Assembly: GCA_965261005.1 (NCBI GenBank)
Contig: OZ253375.1
Coordinates: forward strand, 960,001 to 1,024,000
Direction: 5' to 3'
Length of the DNA: 64,000 bases
Source of the DNA: Deinococcus sp.
GTDB taxonomy: Bacteria > Deinococcota > Deinococci > Deinococcales > Deinococcaceae
Part shown: positions 22,821 through 35,102 of the stretch, piece by piece
Position numbering within the stretch: the first letter of the stretch is position 1
How the letters are laid out: each line of letters opens with the position of its first letter
Notes under the pieces: generated by a model
The model's database searches: none
What the model saw: the letters and a program-made list of their open reading frames with translations, nothing else
What the model was told of the DNA's origin: nothing
Position numbers and translations under genes: made by a program

Positions 22821-24092
22821 CTGAGGGCCTGACAGAAAGTATGAGAAAGCGTCCCCGCTGTGGGACACTTTCTGTTTGTGAAGACCGAAAATGCCAGCGG
22901 GGACGCTGCCCGACTCTATCAAGCTGTTCTCGCTCAGCTCCAGACTGCTCTCTGGAACGACATCCGCAATGCGCGTACCCTCGCTTGGATGGTCAGCGGC
23001 CTGCTGCTCTCCCAGCGCAGCTCTATCCCCGCTTGGCTCCCTCACATCCACTCTCGTGCCACCTTCGCGCAAAGCAGCGAACGCCGAGTTCGTCGGTGGC
23101 TGGAGAATCCAGCCGTTGATCCCACCAGTGTTTACGGTCCGCTGATCACCCGTGCCCTCCGCGACTGGGGCAGACATCCCCTGATCCTGGCCCTGGATAC
23201 CAGCGTCCTGTTCGAGAAGTTTTGCCTGATCCGCGTCTCGGTGCTCTTTCGGGGACGAGCAGTTCCGCTGGTCTCGCGTGTCCTTGAACATTCCAGCGCC
23301 CAGGTCAGCACCGCCCACCTGCTCCCCGTGCTGGCCGAAGTCAAGGGGATGCTCGACTTCCTTGGCCTACATCAAGTTCGCCTGCTGGCCGATCGAGGGT
23401 TCTGCGATACGGAACTGATGGCGTGGCTCCGAGTCTGCGGCTGGCATTACCGCATCCGCATCAAATCGAGCTTGATTCTGGCTGCTCCAGATGGACAGCG
23501 GTTGTGCAAGGTGGGTGAGGTGCGACTTTCGCCCAGAGAGACCCGTTGCTTTCACAACATCACCTTGACTGGACAGCACTTCGGTTCCGTTCACGTCGCT
23601 CTGGGCCGTCCGACAGACGGCCTAGAGCAGTGGCAGGTGGTGAGTGACGAACCGACGAGCGTGAAGACGTTTACCGAGTACGGCGCACGCTTCCAGATCG
23701 AAGAGGGGTTTCTGGACGAGAAAAGCGGCCTCTTCGATCTGGAAGATGCCAAACTTCGCGATGTGGCCAGCCTGGAGCGGCTGGTCTTGGTCATCTCGGT
23801 CGCTACGCTTCTGCTCGTCTCGGAGGGACTTCAGACCGTACACAGCGGCGCTCGCCGAGTGGTTGATCCCCACTGGCAGCGGGGATTGAGCTATCTCAAA
23901 ATCGGTCTACGGGCCGTTCAGTACGCCCTCAGCCGGGGTCAGGCGGTGTTCACCCGCCTGATCCTCCAGGGTGGCCCTGACCCTGAACCGCTGGGGACTC
24001 GAAAGCGCCCTCGTCCTACCCCACTGACCACGCTCGAAGTCGGCTGGAAGCTCGTTTTTCGCTCACCCTCATAAAATCTGTCAGGCCGTCAG
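22821..24092 (+). mobile_element. complete insertion sequence (IS4-like, DDE), 1272 bp
   Basis: 25-bp imperfect TIRs (CTGAGGGCCTGACAGAAAGTATGAG / CTGACGGCCTGACAGATTTTATGAG); 9-bp target duplication TTGGTGGCC at 22812-22820 and 24093-24101. Confidence 0.93.
22860..24074 (+). CDS. DDE transposase (IS4-like)
   Basis: [28 protein letters not shown] (DDE/YREK-like). Confidence 0.92.
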   Translation: MGHFLFVKTENASGDAARLYQAVLAQLQTALWNDIRNARTLAWMVSGLLLSQRSSIPAWLPHIHSRATFAQSSERRVRRWLENPAVDPTSVYGPLITRALRDWGRHPLILALDTSVLFEKFCLIRVSVLFRGRAVPLVSRVLEHSSAQVSTAHLLPVLAEVKGMLDFLGLHQVRLLADRGFCDTELMAWLRVCGWHYRIRIKSSLILAAPDGQRLCKVGEVRLSPRETRCFHNITLTGQHFGSVHVALGRPTDGLEQWQVVSDEPTSVKTFTEYGARFQIEEGFLDEKSGLFDLEDAKLRDVASLERLVLVISVATLLLVSEGLQTVHSGARRVVDPHWQRGLSYLKIGLRAVQYALSRGQAVFTRLILQGGPDPEPLGTRKRPRPTPLTTLEVGWKLVFRSPS

Positions 24093-24268
24093 TTGGTGGC
24101 CTCAAGTGTAAAAAAAAAATGGCTGGGCTAGGGACTTTTTTAACTTTTATCTCATTTTGCTAATCAAATAGAGGTGATATCAGAAGGCCGATGTTCAAAG
24201 TCATAAGTCATCAGCCCACCAGAAACGTTGGTTGGGAACACTCCTTCCCGCCCGCTATACTGCCCCTG

Positions 24269-24742
<474 letters not shown>

Positions 24743-24747
24743 GGCGC

Positions 24748-24793
24748 CCCTCACCCCAACCCCTCTCCCGCAAGGGGAGAGGGGCTTTTTTTG
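24748..24793. repeat. REP-like palindrome copy 3, acting as greA terminator
   Basis: ccctcaccccaacccctctcccgcaaggggagaggggc followed by a T-run. Confidence 0.7.
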
Positions 24794-24794
24794 T

Positions 24795-25922
<1,128 letters not shown>

Positions 25923-25967
25923 AGGAGGGCAGCTTAGCAGGCGGCGAAGAGGCCCTAAAGTGACCTT

Positions 25968-27107
25968 ATGCTGTCGCGCGACCAACTTTTGGAGGCTGCC
26001 GCCCTCTTCGGCACGCCGCTGTACGTCTACGACGCCCGCGAGATAGACGCCGCGCTGAAGCGGGTCCGTCAAGCTTTTGGGGAAGCGCGGGTCTTTTACG
26101 CCATGAAGGCGAACCCCAACTTCGCCATCCTGCGCCGCCTGCGCGCGGCGGGCGTGGGCTTCGAGGCGGTCTCCCCCGGCGAGCTGGCCCGCACGCGCTT
26201 TCTCGGGTGTGCGGGCAGCGAGGTGATCGTGAACGGCCCGGCCAAAAGCGAGGAGGAGTACCAGCTGGGCGCCGACATGGGCGCGACCTTCGTCATTGAC
26301 CGAATGGAAGAGGTGGGGCTGCTCGCGCGGGGAACGCCCGTTTTGGTGCGCGTCAACCCCGCCCTGGGCGTCAGCACCCACCCGCACTTGGCGACCGGGG
26401 CGGCGGACAGCAAGTTCGGCGTGCGGCTGGACCAGGTGGCAGAGGTCGCGCGGGCGGCGCGGGCGGCGCGGGGGGCGGGCCTGCACCTTCGCGGCTTGCA
26501 CGTTCACATTGGCAGCGCCATTCGTGACGCCTCGGATTTCGGCGCGGCCTTTGAAAAGTTGGCCGGACTTGAGATGGGCGACATCGAGGTGCTCGACGTG
26601 GGCGGGGGCTGGGGGCTGGGGGCGGACCTCGCGGGCATCGCACGGGCGGCGCGGCAAGCCCAGGCGCGTTTGGGCGCGCGGGAACTGTGGGTGGAGCCGG
26701 GGCGCTACTTGGTAGCCCAAGCGGGCGCGCTGCTGACCACCGTGGTCGGGACCAAGCACACCGGGCGCGACTTTGTGCTGCTGGACGCCGGCATGACCGA
26801 GCTGCTGCGGCCCATGCTCTACGGCGCCGAGCATCCGGTGACGCCGCTGTGGGACGCGCCGGAGACGGGCGTCTACGACCTGGCGGGGCCGGCCTGCGAA
26901 AGCGGCGATCTGCTGGGGCGCGACGTTGTCTTGCCCACGCCGAAGCGCGGCGACGTGCTGGCCATGCTGGAGACGGGCGCCTACGGCGCGGCCATGAGCG
27001 GCAACTATCTCACGCGTTCCCGTCCGGCAGAAGCGCTCTGGGACGACGGCTGGCACCTCATCCGGCGCCGCGAGCGGCCGGGGGACGTGTGGGCGGCGGA
27101 GATATGA
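25968..27107 (+). CDS. lysA: diaminopimelate decarboxylase-like PLP enzyme
   Basis: GTPLYVYD, YAMKAN, SKFG, HVHIGS, EPGRY, GPACESGD, GAYG. Confidence 0.88.
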   Translation: MLSRDQLLEAAALFGTPLYVYDAREIDAALKRVRQAFGEARVFYAMKANPNFAILRRLRAAGVGFEAVSPGELARTRFLGCAGSEVIVNGPAKSEEEYQLGADMGATFVIDRMEEVGLLARGTPVLVRVNPALGVSTHPHLATGAADSKFGVRLDQVAEVARAARAARGAGLHLRGLHVHIGSAIRDASDFGAAFEKLAGLEMGDIEVLDVGGGWGLGADLAGIARAARQAQARLGARELWVEPGRYLVAQAGALLTTVVGTKHTGRDFVLLDAGMTELLRPMLYGAEHPVTPLWDAPETGVYDLAGPACESGDLLGRDVVLPTPKRGDVLAMLETGAYGAAMSGNYLTRSRPAEALWDDGWHLIRRRERPGDVWAAEI

Positions 27108-27701
27108 TTACGAACTTATGCGGCCAGTGCCCAGCCGCTTGGCCTCCAGCAGCTTTTCGTCGGCGGCGGCCAGCAGGCGCTCGGGGCTGGGAAGGGTGAG
27201 GTTGTCGCACACGCCGAGGCTGATGGTGACCTCCAGGCCGGGATGCAGCGCGGACCAGTCACGGCACCGCACCGCCAGCTGAAGCCGCTCGCAGACAGAC
27301 AGCGCCCCCGGCGCCGACAAGCCCGGCAGCAGCAGCGCGAACTCCTCGCCGCCGTAGCGGGCCAGCACATCCATGCCGCGCAAGTTGTGCGCGAGCGCGT
27401 CCGCCACGCCGCACAGCACCTGGTCCCCAATCGCGTGCGAACACGCCACGTTGACGCGCCGCAGACCGTCCACATCGGCCATCACCACGCTGAGGGGATA
27501 ATTCAGGCGCCGCATGCGGGCGAACTCCAGCGCCAAGGTCTCATCGAAAAAGCGGCGGTTGTGCAGCCCGGTGAGCGGGTCTTGCTTGGACAGGCGCGCG
27601 AGAATCTGAGCGTGGCGGCTCAGCTCCGCCAGCAGTTCGGCGTTGTGCGACCGCAGCTCCGAGAGCGCGCTCAGGGCGTGGGCGAGTTCGGCGGCCTGCA
27701 T
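27108..27701 (-). CDS. diguanylate cyclase (coiled coil + GGDEF); start uncertain (up to 27806)
   Basis: DPLTGLHNRR, RYGGEEF, ADEKLLEAK. Confidence 0.8.
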   Translation of the reverse strand: MQAAELAHALSALSELRSHNAELLAELSRHAQILARLSKQDPLTGLHNRRFFDETLALEFARMRRLNYPLSVVMADVDGLRRVNVACSHAIGDQVLCGVADALAHNLRGMDVLARYGGEEFALLLPGLSAPGALSVCERLQLAVRCRDWSALHPGLEVTISLGVCDNLTLPSPERLLAAADEKLLEAKRLGTGRISS

Positions 27702-27909
27702 GCTGGCCGCCTCGCCCCTTTCAGACCGCTCGGCGTTCTCCTCGCCAGGAGGTGTCCCGAAACAGAGAGAGGGCGGCAGCTCAGACACGATGATCAAGAG
27801 CACCATAAGGCTCTCTTTCTCACAATTTTCTTACGCATGCTTAACCGATGGTTTGCTTCGTCAGCGGCGCGACAGTATGCCGCGCCGGCCTGATGCCTGC
27901 TGGAACAGA

Positions 27910-28575
27910 ATGAGCCAGCGAAAAGTATTGATTATTGAGGACGACGCGGACATCGCCCGCTTCGTCAGCTCAGATTTGACCGACGCCGGGTACGACGTGC
28001 TTCACGCGGCCGACGCCATGAGCGGCCTGGTCACCGTGCGCGAGCAGTCTCCCGACCTGATTTTGCTCGACCTCGGCCTGCCCGACTTCGACGGCACCGA
28101 GGTGCTGGCCCGCGTGCGGCGCACCTCCACGCTGCCCATTATCGTGATGACGGCGCGCGACACCCCCGAGGAAAAGGTAGACGTCCTTGAGGATGGCGCC
28201 GACGACTACATCGTCAAGCCCTTCGATTCGCGCGAGTTGATCGCGCGAATCGGCGTGCAGTTGCGCCAGCACGGCGGCGCCCCCATCGAGATCAACGGGA
28301 TGGAACTCAACATGCAGCAGCGCCTGGTCAAGTACAACGGCCAGGAGGTGCGCCTCTCCCCCACCGAGTTCAACTTGCTCTCGCTGCTGGCGCGCCAACC
28401 GGGCCGGGTCTACTCGCGTGAGGAGATCGAGCGCGAAGTCTGGGAAGGCCGCCTGCCCGCCAACAGCAACGTCGTGGACGTTCACATGGCCAACCTGCGC
28501 GGCAAGTTCCGCGACCTCGACGGCTACGGGATCATTCGCACGGTGCGCGGGATCGGCTACGCGCTGAGGTCGTAA
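27910..28575 (+). CDS. OmpR-family response regulator
   Basis: LIIEDD, LLDLGLPDFDG, GADDYIVKPF, LSPTEF, VDVHMANLR, TVRGIGY. Confidence 0.95.
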   Translation: MSQRKVLIIEDDADIARFVSSDLTDAGYDVLHAADAMSGLVTVREQSPDLILLDLGLPDFDGTEVLARVRRTSTLPIIVMTARDTPEEKVDVLEDGADDYIVKPFDSRELIARIGVQLRQHGGAPIEINGMELNMQQRLVKYNGQEVRLSPTEFNLLSLLARQPGRVYSREEIEREVWEGRLPANSNVVDVHMANLRGKFRDLDGYGIIRTVRGIGYALRS

Positions 28576-28581
28576 GCTCCC

Positions 28582-30402
28582 TCACTTCCCGTCCAACAGC
28601 GCCGCCCCCTCCCTCGGCACGAACACAATCGCGTTCGGCACCGCCCGGCTCCAAACCGTGTTTAGGTAGCCGCCCGCGACGTAGACGGTGGCGCTGGAGC
28701 CGCTGTCCAGGCGCATGGCGCGCGAAACGCCAACGCTCAGGAGGGCGCGGGCAAAGGCCTCGGGCGTGCCGTTCCTGAAGTAGGCGATGGTCGGCTGGCC
28801 CGCGTAGACGGCGAAGGCGACTTGGCGGGTGGCGCGCCAAATGCTGGCCCCGGTGTTGAACCCTTCGCGCACGGGGTCGAGGGCGTACTGGCCGCCGTCT
28901 ACCAGCAGCGGCCCGGCCGCCAGCGCCTCCTGCACGCCGTCCCAACCGGGCAGCGCCCAATTGAGGCTGAGGGTCAGCGGCGCGCCGGCCACCTGGGGAA
29001 GCTGGGGAAACTGCGCCGGGTTGAAGGTGAGCGCGATCTCGCCGGGGGTAGGCACGTCCGGGCCGCCGACGGCGCGCCGCACGCCGCTTGCGTCCAGCGC
29101 CAAGGTGACGTAACCGGGCGCGCCCACTTGGGTCACGCCGTCGCCGACGAACAGCGTGACCCAGCTGGGACTCGGCTGCGGGCGCACGGTGTTGACCGTA
29201 AGGCTGCCCCACGGCCCCGAGAGGGTGTAGCGCGGGCGCGGATAGCCCAGCAGCACGCCCGCGTTCGCCGTTCCCCCGGTCAAACCGAGGGTGGCGCGCC
29301 GCTCCAAGCTCGGCGCCACCATCAGGCCGCCCAACGCGACCAGGTCCACCGGCACGCTGGTCTTGGGATCGAAGTAGCCGCCGTTCACCCCGGCCACGCC
29401 GCCCACGCGCCGCACGAGGTCGTACACGCTGCTGGCCCGCGCGGTGCCGGCGCTGACCAGCTTGGGCGCGTAGGCAGCGGGATCGAAGCTGAGCAACTCC
29501 AACCCCCCGAATTGGCGGTAGGTCACCCCCGGCGGCAAATGCGCGAGGTCGGGCGGCGGCGTCACGCCCGGGTCGAGGTTGGTCACGGTGTCAATGACGA
29601 TGCGGTAAGGGTCTTGCAGGGTGAACACCTGGCTCACGCCGCCGGGGCCGGTATTCAGGTGCACATACAAGTTGCCGGCACCCACCGACAAGCTCAGCAC
29701 GTCGCCCGAGTCGAGCTTTTGCAGGCTGGGCGCGCCAATCGCCCCGCCCACCGTCAAGCTCAGACCGTTCGCGTCACGCTTCAGGCTGTAAGGCAGTTGG
29801 GCGCCAAACTCCAGCACCACCCGCTGGGTCTCGGTGGCGCGGTTGAGGGCGCGGCTGGAGCGGATGGTGGTGAGCGGTGTGGGAACCACGGGCAACGCCG
29901 CGACAGGGGGCTGCACAGCGGGCGGCTGCACGGCGGGTGGCAAAACAACAGGTGGCTGGACCGGCGGGGGGGGAACCGGCGTTGGCGCGGAAACGGGCGC
30001 CGCCGGCGGGGTGAGGGCCAGCGGCCGGGCGGCGAAGTCGAGCACCTGCGGCGCGTCTTCGAGCAGCGGCACGCCCAGCGCCCGCAACACGGCCAAGCTC
30101 ACGTGAACCGAGCCGCCGAGCAACTCGGGTACGGGCAGCTCGGGCGCGGGCGAGGCGGCTCGGTTCCAGCCACCTCGCGGGGTGAAGCGCAGCGACACGC
30201 CGCCGTAGCTGAGGCGCAGATCGTCGGGGCGGTTGAGAATTTGCACGCCGAGTTGGGGCAAGAACCACACCGGCAAGCCTTCCTGGCCGCTGGGCAGCGT
30301 TTTGGTCTCGATTCTGGGCGAGGTGAGCACGCCCGCGATGGCGACGGGCCGCGCGCAGGCCGCGCCCAGCGAAAGACAAAGCAGCAAGAAAAGGCGTCGC
30401 AC
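28582..30402 (-). CDS. exported phosphodiester glycosidase (NAGPA/DUF2233) family protein
   Basis: Signal peptide, Pro-rich linker, AMIN-like RIVID, VNGGYF, AGPLLV, LDSGSS, RAVPNAI. Confidence 0.82.
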   Translation of the reverse strand: MRRLFLLLCLSLGAACARPVAIAGVLTSPRIETKTLPSGQEGLPVWFLPQLGVQILNRPDDLRLSYGGVSLRFTPRGGWNRAASPAPELPVPELLGGSVHVSLAVLRALGVPLLEDAPQVLDFAARPLALTPPAAPVSAPTPVPPPPVQPPVVLPPAVQPPAVQPPVAALPVVPTPLTTIRSSRALNRATETQRVVLEFGAQLPYSLKRDANGLSLTVGGAIGAPSLQKLDSGDVLSLSVGAGNLYVHLNTGPGGVSQVFTLQDPYRIVIDTVTNLDPGVTPPPDLAHLPPGVTYRQFGGLELLSFDPAAYAPKLVSAGTARASSVYDLVRRVGGVAGVNGGYFDPKTSVPVDLVALGGLMVAPSLERRATLGLTGGTANAGVLLGYPRPRYTLSGPWGSLTVNTVRPQPSPSWVTLFVGDGVTQVGAPGYVTLALDASGVRRAVGGPDVPTPGEIALTFNPAQFPQLPQVAGAPLTLSLNWALPGWDGVQEALAAGPLLVDGGQYALDPVREGFNTGASIWRATRQVAFAVYAGQPTIAYFRNGTPEAFARALLSVGVSRAMRLDSGSSATVYVAGGYLNTVWSRAVPNAIVFVPREGAALLDGK

Positions 30403-30513
30403 GCCCGGCAGTCTAGAAAATGAGCGCCCCCTTGGCGTGAGAGCGGTGGGCCGCCCCGCCCGCACCGTCCTGTGACAAACTTGCAAGGCGCCGGGGTATA
30501 CACTGAGAAAGAT

Positions 30514-30999
<486 letters not shown>

Positions 31000-31035
31000 G
31001 CCTGCCGCACACCGCCCCACCCCAAGGAGCCAAGC

Positions 31036-31626
<591 letters not shown>

Positions 31627-31657
31627 AAGAGCAGAAGGTTCGGGCGTGGGCCGTTGC

Positions 31658-32407
31658 CTACGCCTTTTTTGTTTGCCTGAAGCTGAGGCGCGCGGCGACC
31701 TGATCGAAGCCCGCACGGCGCGCGTTGCGCTCTGAGGCTGTGCCGGGCGTCGTCATCACAAAGGCGACCCCCGCCCCGAGTTCCTGGGCTTGGCGCAAGC
31801 GTGCCGCGAGCAGGGCCGTCTGCGCCCCCTGGCCGCGCCACTCGGGACGGGTGGCGGCGCTGAACAGCAGCGCGGCCCTTCCAAAATCAACACCCTCAAA
31901 AACGCTCAGGGCGCTTGCGGCGACCGATTTACCTTCCAGATCACAGACCCAGAAGTGGGTGTGCGGCCGGGCAGCAGTGCGCTCCATGATGGGCCGCGAC
32001 CCTTCCCCGAAGGCGGCGACGGCGATGGGTAGCCACTCTTGCGGCGTGACCTCGCGCACGGGCAGCGCTGGGGCGGCGGCGGACGCGTTCAACTCACGGG
32101 CGTGGACGTGAAGCGCCCGTGACAGGGCGAAGTTTCGCTCTTCAAGAACCTTCAGCGCGTCCGGGTGCAGGTGCGAGTAAGCCACGACCGCCGGCGTCAC
32201 GCCGCGCTCCAGCAAAAAGCGCTCGGCCTCTGGCAGCCAAGCCAAGCCGTCCGCGTCCGTCCCGACGCCGACGGCCACGTTGAGGGGCAAGTCCGGACCC
32301 GCGTACACGGCGCGCGCCCCGCCCAGCTTCAGCACCTCCCCCACATCCTCGGCGTAGGTGGTCAGGTGGCGAACTTCGAGCCGTTCGGCGCGCAGGACAA
32401 GCTCCAT
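31658..32407 (-). CDS. GNAT acetyltransferase
   Basis: AATRPEWRGQGAQTALLAARL...SERNARRAGF. Confidence 0.85.
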   Translation of the reverse strand: MELVLRAERLEVRHLTTYAEDVGEVLKLGGARAVYAGPDLPLNVAVGVGTDADGLAWLPEAERFLLERGVTPAVVAYSHLHPDALKVLEERNFALSRALHVHARELNASAAAPALPVREVTPQEWLPIAVAAFGEGSRPIMERTAARPHTHFWVCDLEGKSVAASALSVFEGVDFGRAALLFSAATRPEWRGQGAQTALLAARLRQAQELGAGVAFVMTTPGTASERNARRAGFDQVAARLSFRQTKKA

Positions 32408-32443
32408 GCGCCCAGCCTAGCGAACGGCCGGGTAGGCTGGGGC

Positions 32444-33193
32444 ATGCCCTACTCAACTTTGGAAGTCACCCCGCGCGGCGACACCGCCGAGATCGGCTTT
32501 CTGACCAAGCGCGGCGCCCTCGGCCCGGCCTTTTGGCGCGAGCTGCCCGCCGCCCTGAACGAGGTGACGGATGCGCGGGCGGTGGTGTTGCGCGGGGCCG
32601 GGGACACCTTCAGCGTGGGCCTGGACCTCAACGAGACGGCGCCGCTGCTGGCGGGAGCCTTGGGGGAGACGCCCCACTTCCTGCGCCTGCTGGCGGGGAT
32701 GCAGGGGGCGGTGGAGGCGCTGGCCACCTTTTCCAGCCCGGTCATCGCCTGCGTGAGCGGCTGGTGCGTGGGCGCGGGGCTGGAATTGATCGCGGCGGCC
32801 GACATCCGGATTTGCTCGCGTGAGGCCCGCTTCTCGCTGCCCGAGGTGAGGCTGGGCATCGTGCCGGACCTGGGCGGCCTCGCGCGGCTGCCCCACCTGA
32901 TCGGCGAGGGCTGGACGCGCCGCTTGGCGCTGACCGGCGAGGCGCTGGACGCGGGGCAAGCGGAGCGGCTGGGCTTGGTGAGCGAAGTGCTGGACACGCC
33001 GCAGAACACCTTGGAACGTGCCCGCGAGTTGGCGGATGCCGTGGCCGAGCTGCCCCCCGCCACGGTGCGGGGCATCAAACGCGACCTCAACGCCCGCTTG
33101 GAGGGGGACGTGGCGCGCCACTACGAGCGCGCCGGCGCCCTCAACGCGGCGGGAATGAAGCCGGAGCTGCTGATGAGCGCGCTTAAGAAATAG
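32444..33193 (+). CDS. enoyl-CoA hydratase/isomerase family protein
   Basis: FSVGLDL, PVIACVSGWCVGAGLEL, FSLPEVRLGIVPDLGG. Confidence 0.92.
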   Translation: MPYSTLEVTPRGDTAEIGFLTKRGALGPAFWRELPAALNEVTDARAVVLRGAGDTFSVGLDLNETAPLLAGALGETPHFLRLLAGMQGAVEALATFSSPVIACVSGWCVGAGLELIAAADIRICSREARFSLPEVRLGIVPDLGGLARLPHLIGEGWTRRLALTGEALDAGQAERLGLVSEVLDTPQNTLERARELADAVAELPPATVRGIKRDLNARLEGDVARHYERAGALNAAGMKPELLMSALKK

Positions 33194-33217
33194 CGGCGCC
33201 CAAGAAGTGGGGGGCGC

Positions 33218-34561
33218 CTAATCGTCCGCCGCCGCCCTTTCGGCCACCGCCTCAGGTTGAGTCGCCTTTTTGCTCGTGGGCAACGTCCTCGGCAGGCGCG
33301 TCCAAGCGAGGGCCGTCACCAAAGCGCCCAGCACGACCAGCGCCAGCAAACCGGCGCGCGGGCCGAGCCAGCCCTCCTTGGCGATCAGGGCGCCCGACAG
33401 CAGGGCGCCGGGGGGCGCCATGCCGACCAGCACGAAGCTGTACAGGCTCATGACCCGCCCGCGCATCTGGTCCGAGATGGAGAGCTGCACGGCGGAGTTG
33501 GCGCTGATCAGCAGCGAGAGCATGGCGAAGCCGCAGGCCGCCAGCGCGAGGCCCACCAGCCACGGCGAGGAGAGCAGCGCCAGCACGGCGCTGGCCGCCA
33601 GCAGCAGCACGGCGCCCAGCCGCAAGTTTCTGAGCGGATTGGGCTTGGACGCTTGCCACAAGGCGCCCACCATCGCCCCCGCCCCGAAGGCGGCGTTCAG
33701 CAGGCCGTAGCCCGCGTCGCCGACGCCGTACACCGCCCGCGCGAAGTAGGGGATGATGACGTTGAAGTTGACAATGGTCAGCGACAGACCGCCGACGTAC
33801 AGCATCACGGCCAGCACGCCGGGCGTGACGCGCACGTAACGCAACCCCTCGGCGGCGTCCAGCAGCAAGCTGTGGCGGCGCCCGTCCGGCTCGGCCCGGT
33901 TGATGGCGGGCAGCGTGGCCTGAATGAAGATCACGACCAAAAAGGCGAGCGCGTCCAGGTAGAACGGCAGGGCGAGGCGGCCGATGGACGCGCCGTTGCC
34001 GCCCACCAGCAGCCAAGCGCCCAGCGGCACCACGAAGCCGAACAAGGCTTGCCCGACGGTGCGCGACACGTTGAAGGAGAGGCTGTTGAGGGCCACGGCG
34101 TTGGCGAGCAGGGTGCGCGGCACGAAGTCGGCGACCATGGCTTGGCGGGTCGGCATGTTAAAGGCGTTGGCGCTGCCCGCGACGGCGGCCAGCGTGAGCA
34201 GCGTCCACAAGGTCACGGTCCCGGTCTGAACCAAGACGCCCAGCGTGGCCGAGCACAGCAGCAGCACGATCTGCGTAACCTGCAACACCCGCAGCTTGGG
34301 CAGGCGGTCGATCAAGGTACCGGCGAACAATGAAAGGAGCAGGCTGGGCGTGAACTGCGCCACGTTGATCCAGCCGAGGGCGTGGCTGGAGTTGTTCGTG
34401 AGTTCCAACACCAGGTACGAGCGCGCCGTCGCCTGCATCCAGGTGCCCACCAGGCTGATCAGCTGCGACAGCCAATAGCGCCGAAAGGTGGGCACCGCCA
34501 ACGCCTGAAAGGTGTGGGTCCGCCAAGCGGTGAACCCGGAGAGCAGAGAGGCGGCCATCAC
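33218..34561 (-). CDS. MFS transporter
   Basis: FRRYWLSQLISLVGTWMQ, PTRQAMV, NAVALNS, MRGRVMSLY; multiple TMs. Confidence 0.92.
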   Translation of the reverse strand: MMAASLLSGFTAWRTHTFQALAVPTFRRYWLSQLISLVGTWMQATARSYLVLELTNNSSHALGWINVAQFTPSLLLSLFAGTLIDRLPKLRVLQVTQIVLLLCSATLGVLVQTGTVTLWTLLTLAAVAGSANAFNMPTRQAMVADFVPRTLLANAVALNSLSFNVSRTVGQALFGFVVPLGAWLLVGGNGASIGRLALPFYLDALAFLVVIFIQATLPAINRAEPDGRRHSLLLDAAEGLRYVRVTPGVLAVMLYVGGLSLTIVNFNVIIPYFARAVYGVGDAGYGLLNAAFGAGAMVGALWQASKPNPLRNLRLGAVLLLAASAVLALLSSPWLVGLALAACGFAMLSLLISANSAVQLSISDQMRGRVMSLYSFVLVGMAPPGALLSGALIAKEGWLGPRAGLLALVVLGALVTALAWTRLPRTLPTSKKATQPEAVAERAAADD

Positions 34562-34635
34562 GTCAGCATACGCCCGCCCGTCCCGCCGAAAACCGTGTTG
34601 GGCGAGCTGTTTTCTAAAGCCTCATTTCTAAGGTC

Positions 34636-35040
34636 TCATTCCAACGCCACCTCCACCACGTCCGGCAGCAAAAAGGCCCGCAATTCCCCCCCCGCCACGT
34701 CAGCGATCAAGTGGGGCACCCCGTAGCGCGCGAGGCGCAGGTCCTCGGGGCTGGGCCAAGCGGGGCCGCGCGGATGCGAGTGGTAGATGGCGATCAGGCG
34801 CAGGCCCTCCCCACGCATGGCCCGCAGGGCGCGCAGCAGTTCCAGCGGGTCGGCCAGGTAGGCGCGCTCGGGGGTTGGGGCGGCGTTGCGCAGCGGGTAC
34901 AGCGTTTCTACCGCCTGAGCACCCGCCCGGCCGCCCAGCACGCCGACGCACTCACGCGGCAGCTCGGCCCGGGCGTGCGCCCACAGGCGGGCGCGCAGCG
35001 CGGCGGGCAGGTGCAGGCTGGACAGGGGAGCGTGGGTCAT
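34636..35040 (-). CDS. JAMM/Mov34 metallopeptidase
   Basis: PRECVGVL and YHSHPRGPAWPSPED (E...HxH-x7-S-x2-D). Confidence 0.9.
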   Translation of the reverse strand: MTHAPLSSLHLPAALRARLWAHARAELPRECVGVLGGRAGAQAVETLYPLRNAAPTPERAYLADPLELLRALRAMRGEGLRLIAIYHSHPRGPAWPSPEDLRLARYGVPHLIADVAGGELRAFLLPDVVEVALE

Positions 35041-35102
35041 GGGTTCTGTCCCGAGTATGCCGGCCCAAATGGCGCTCCGGCGGTCAGGCGCTACACTGAA
35101 GC

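Noticed and set aside
22562..23119. 185-aa plus-strand ORF spanning the IS left end
   Set aside because: Crosses the IS boundary, has no motifs, and is antisense to the better-supported peptide genes
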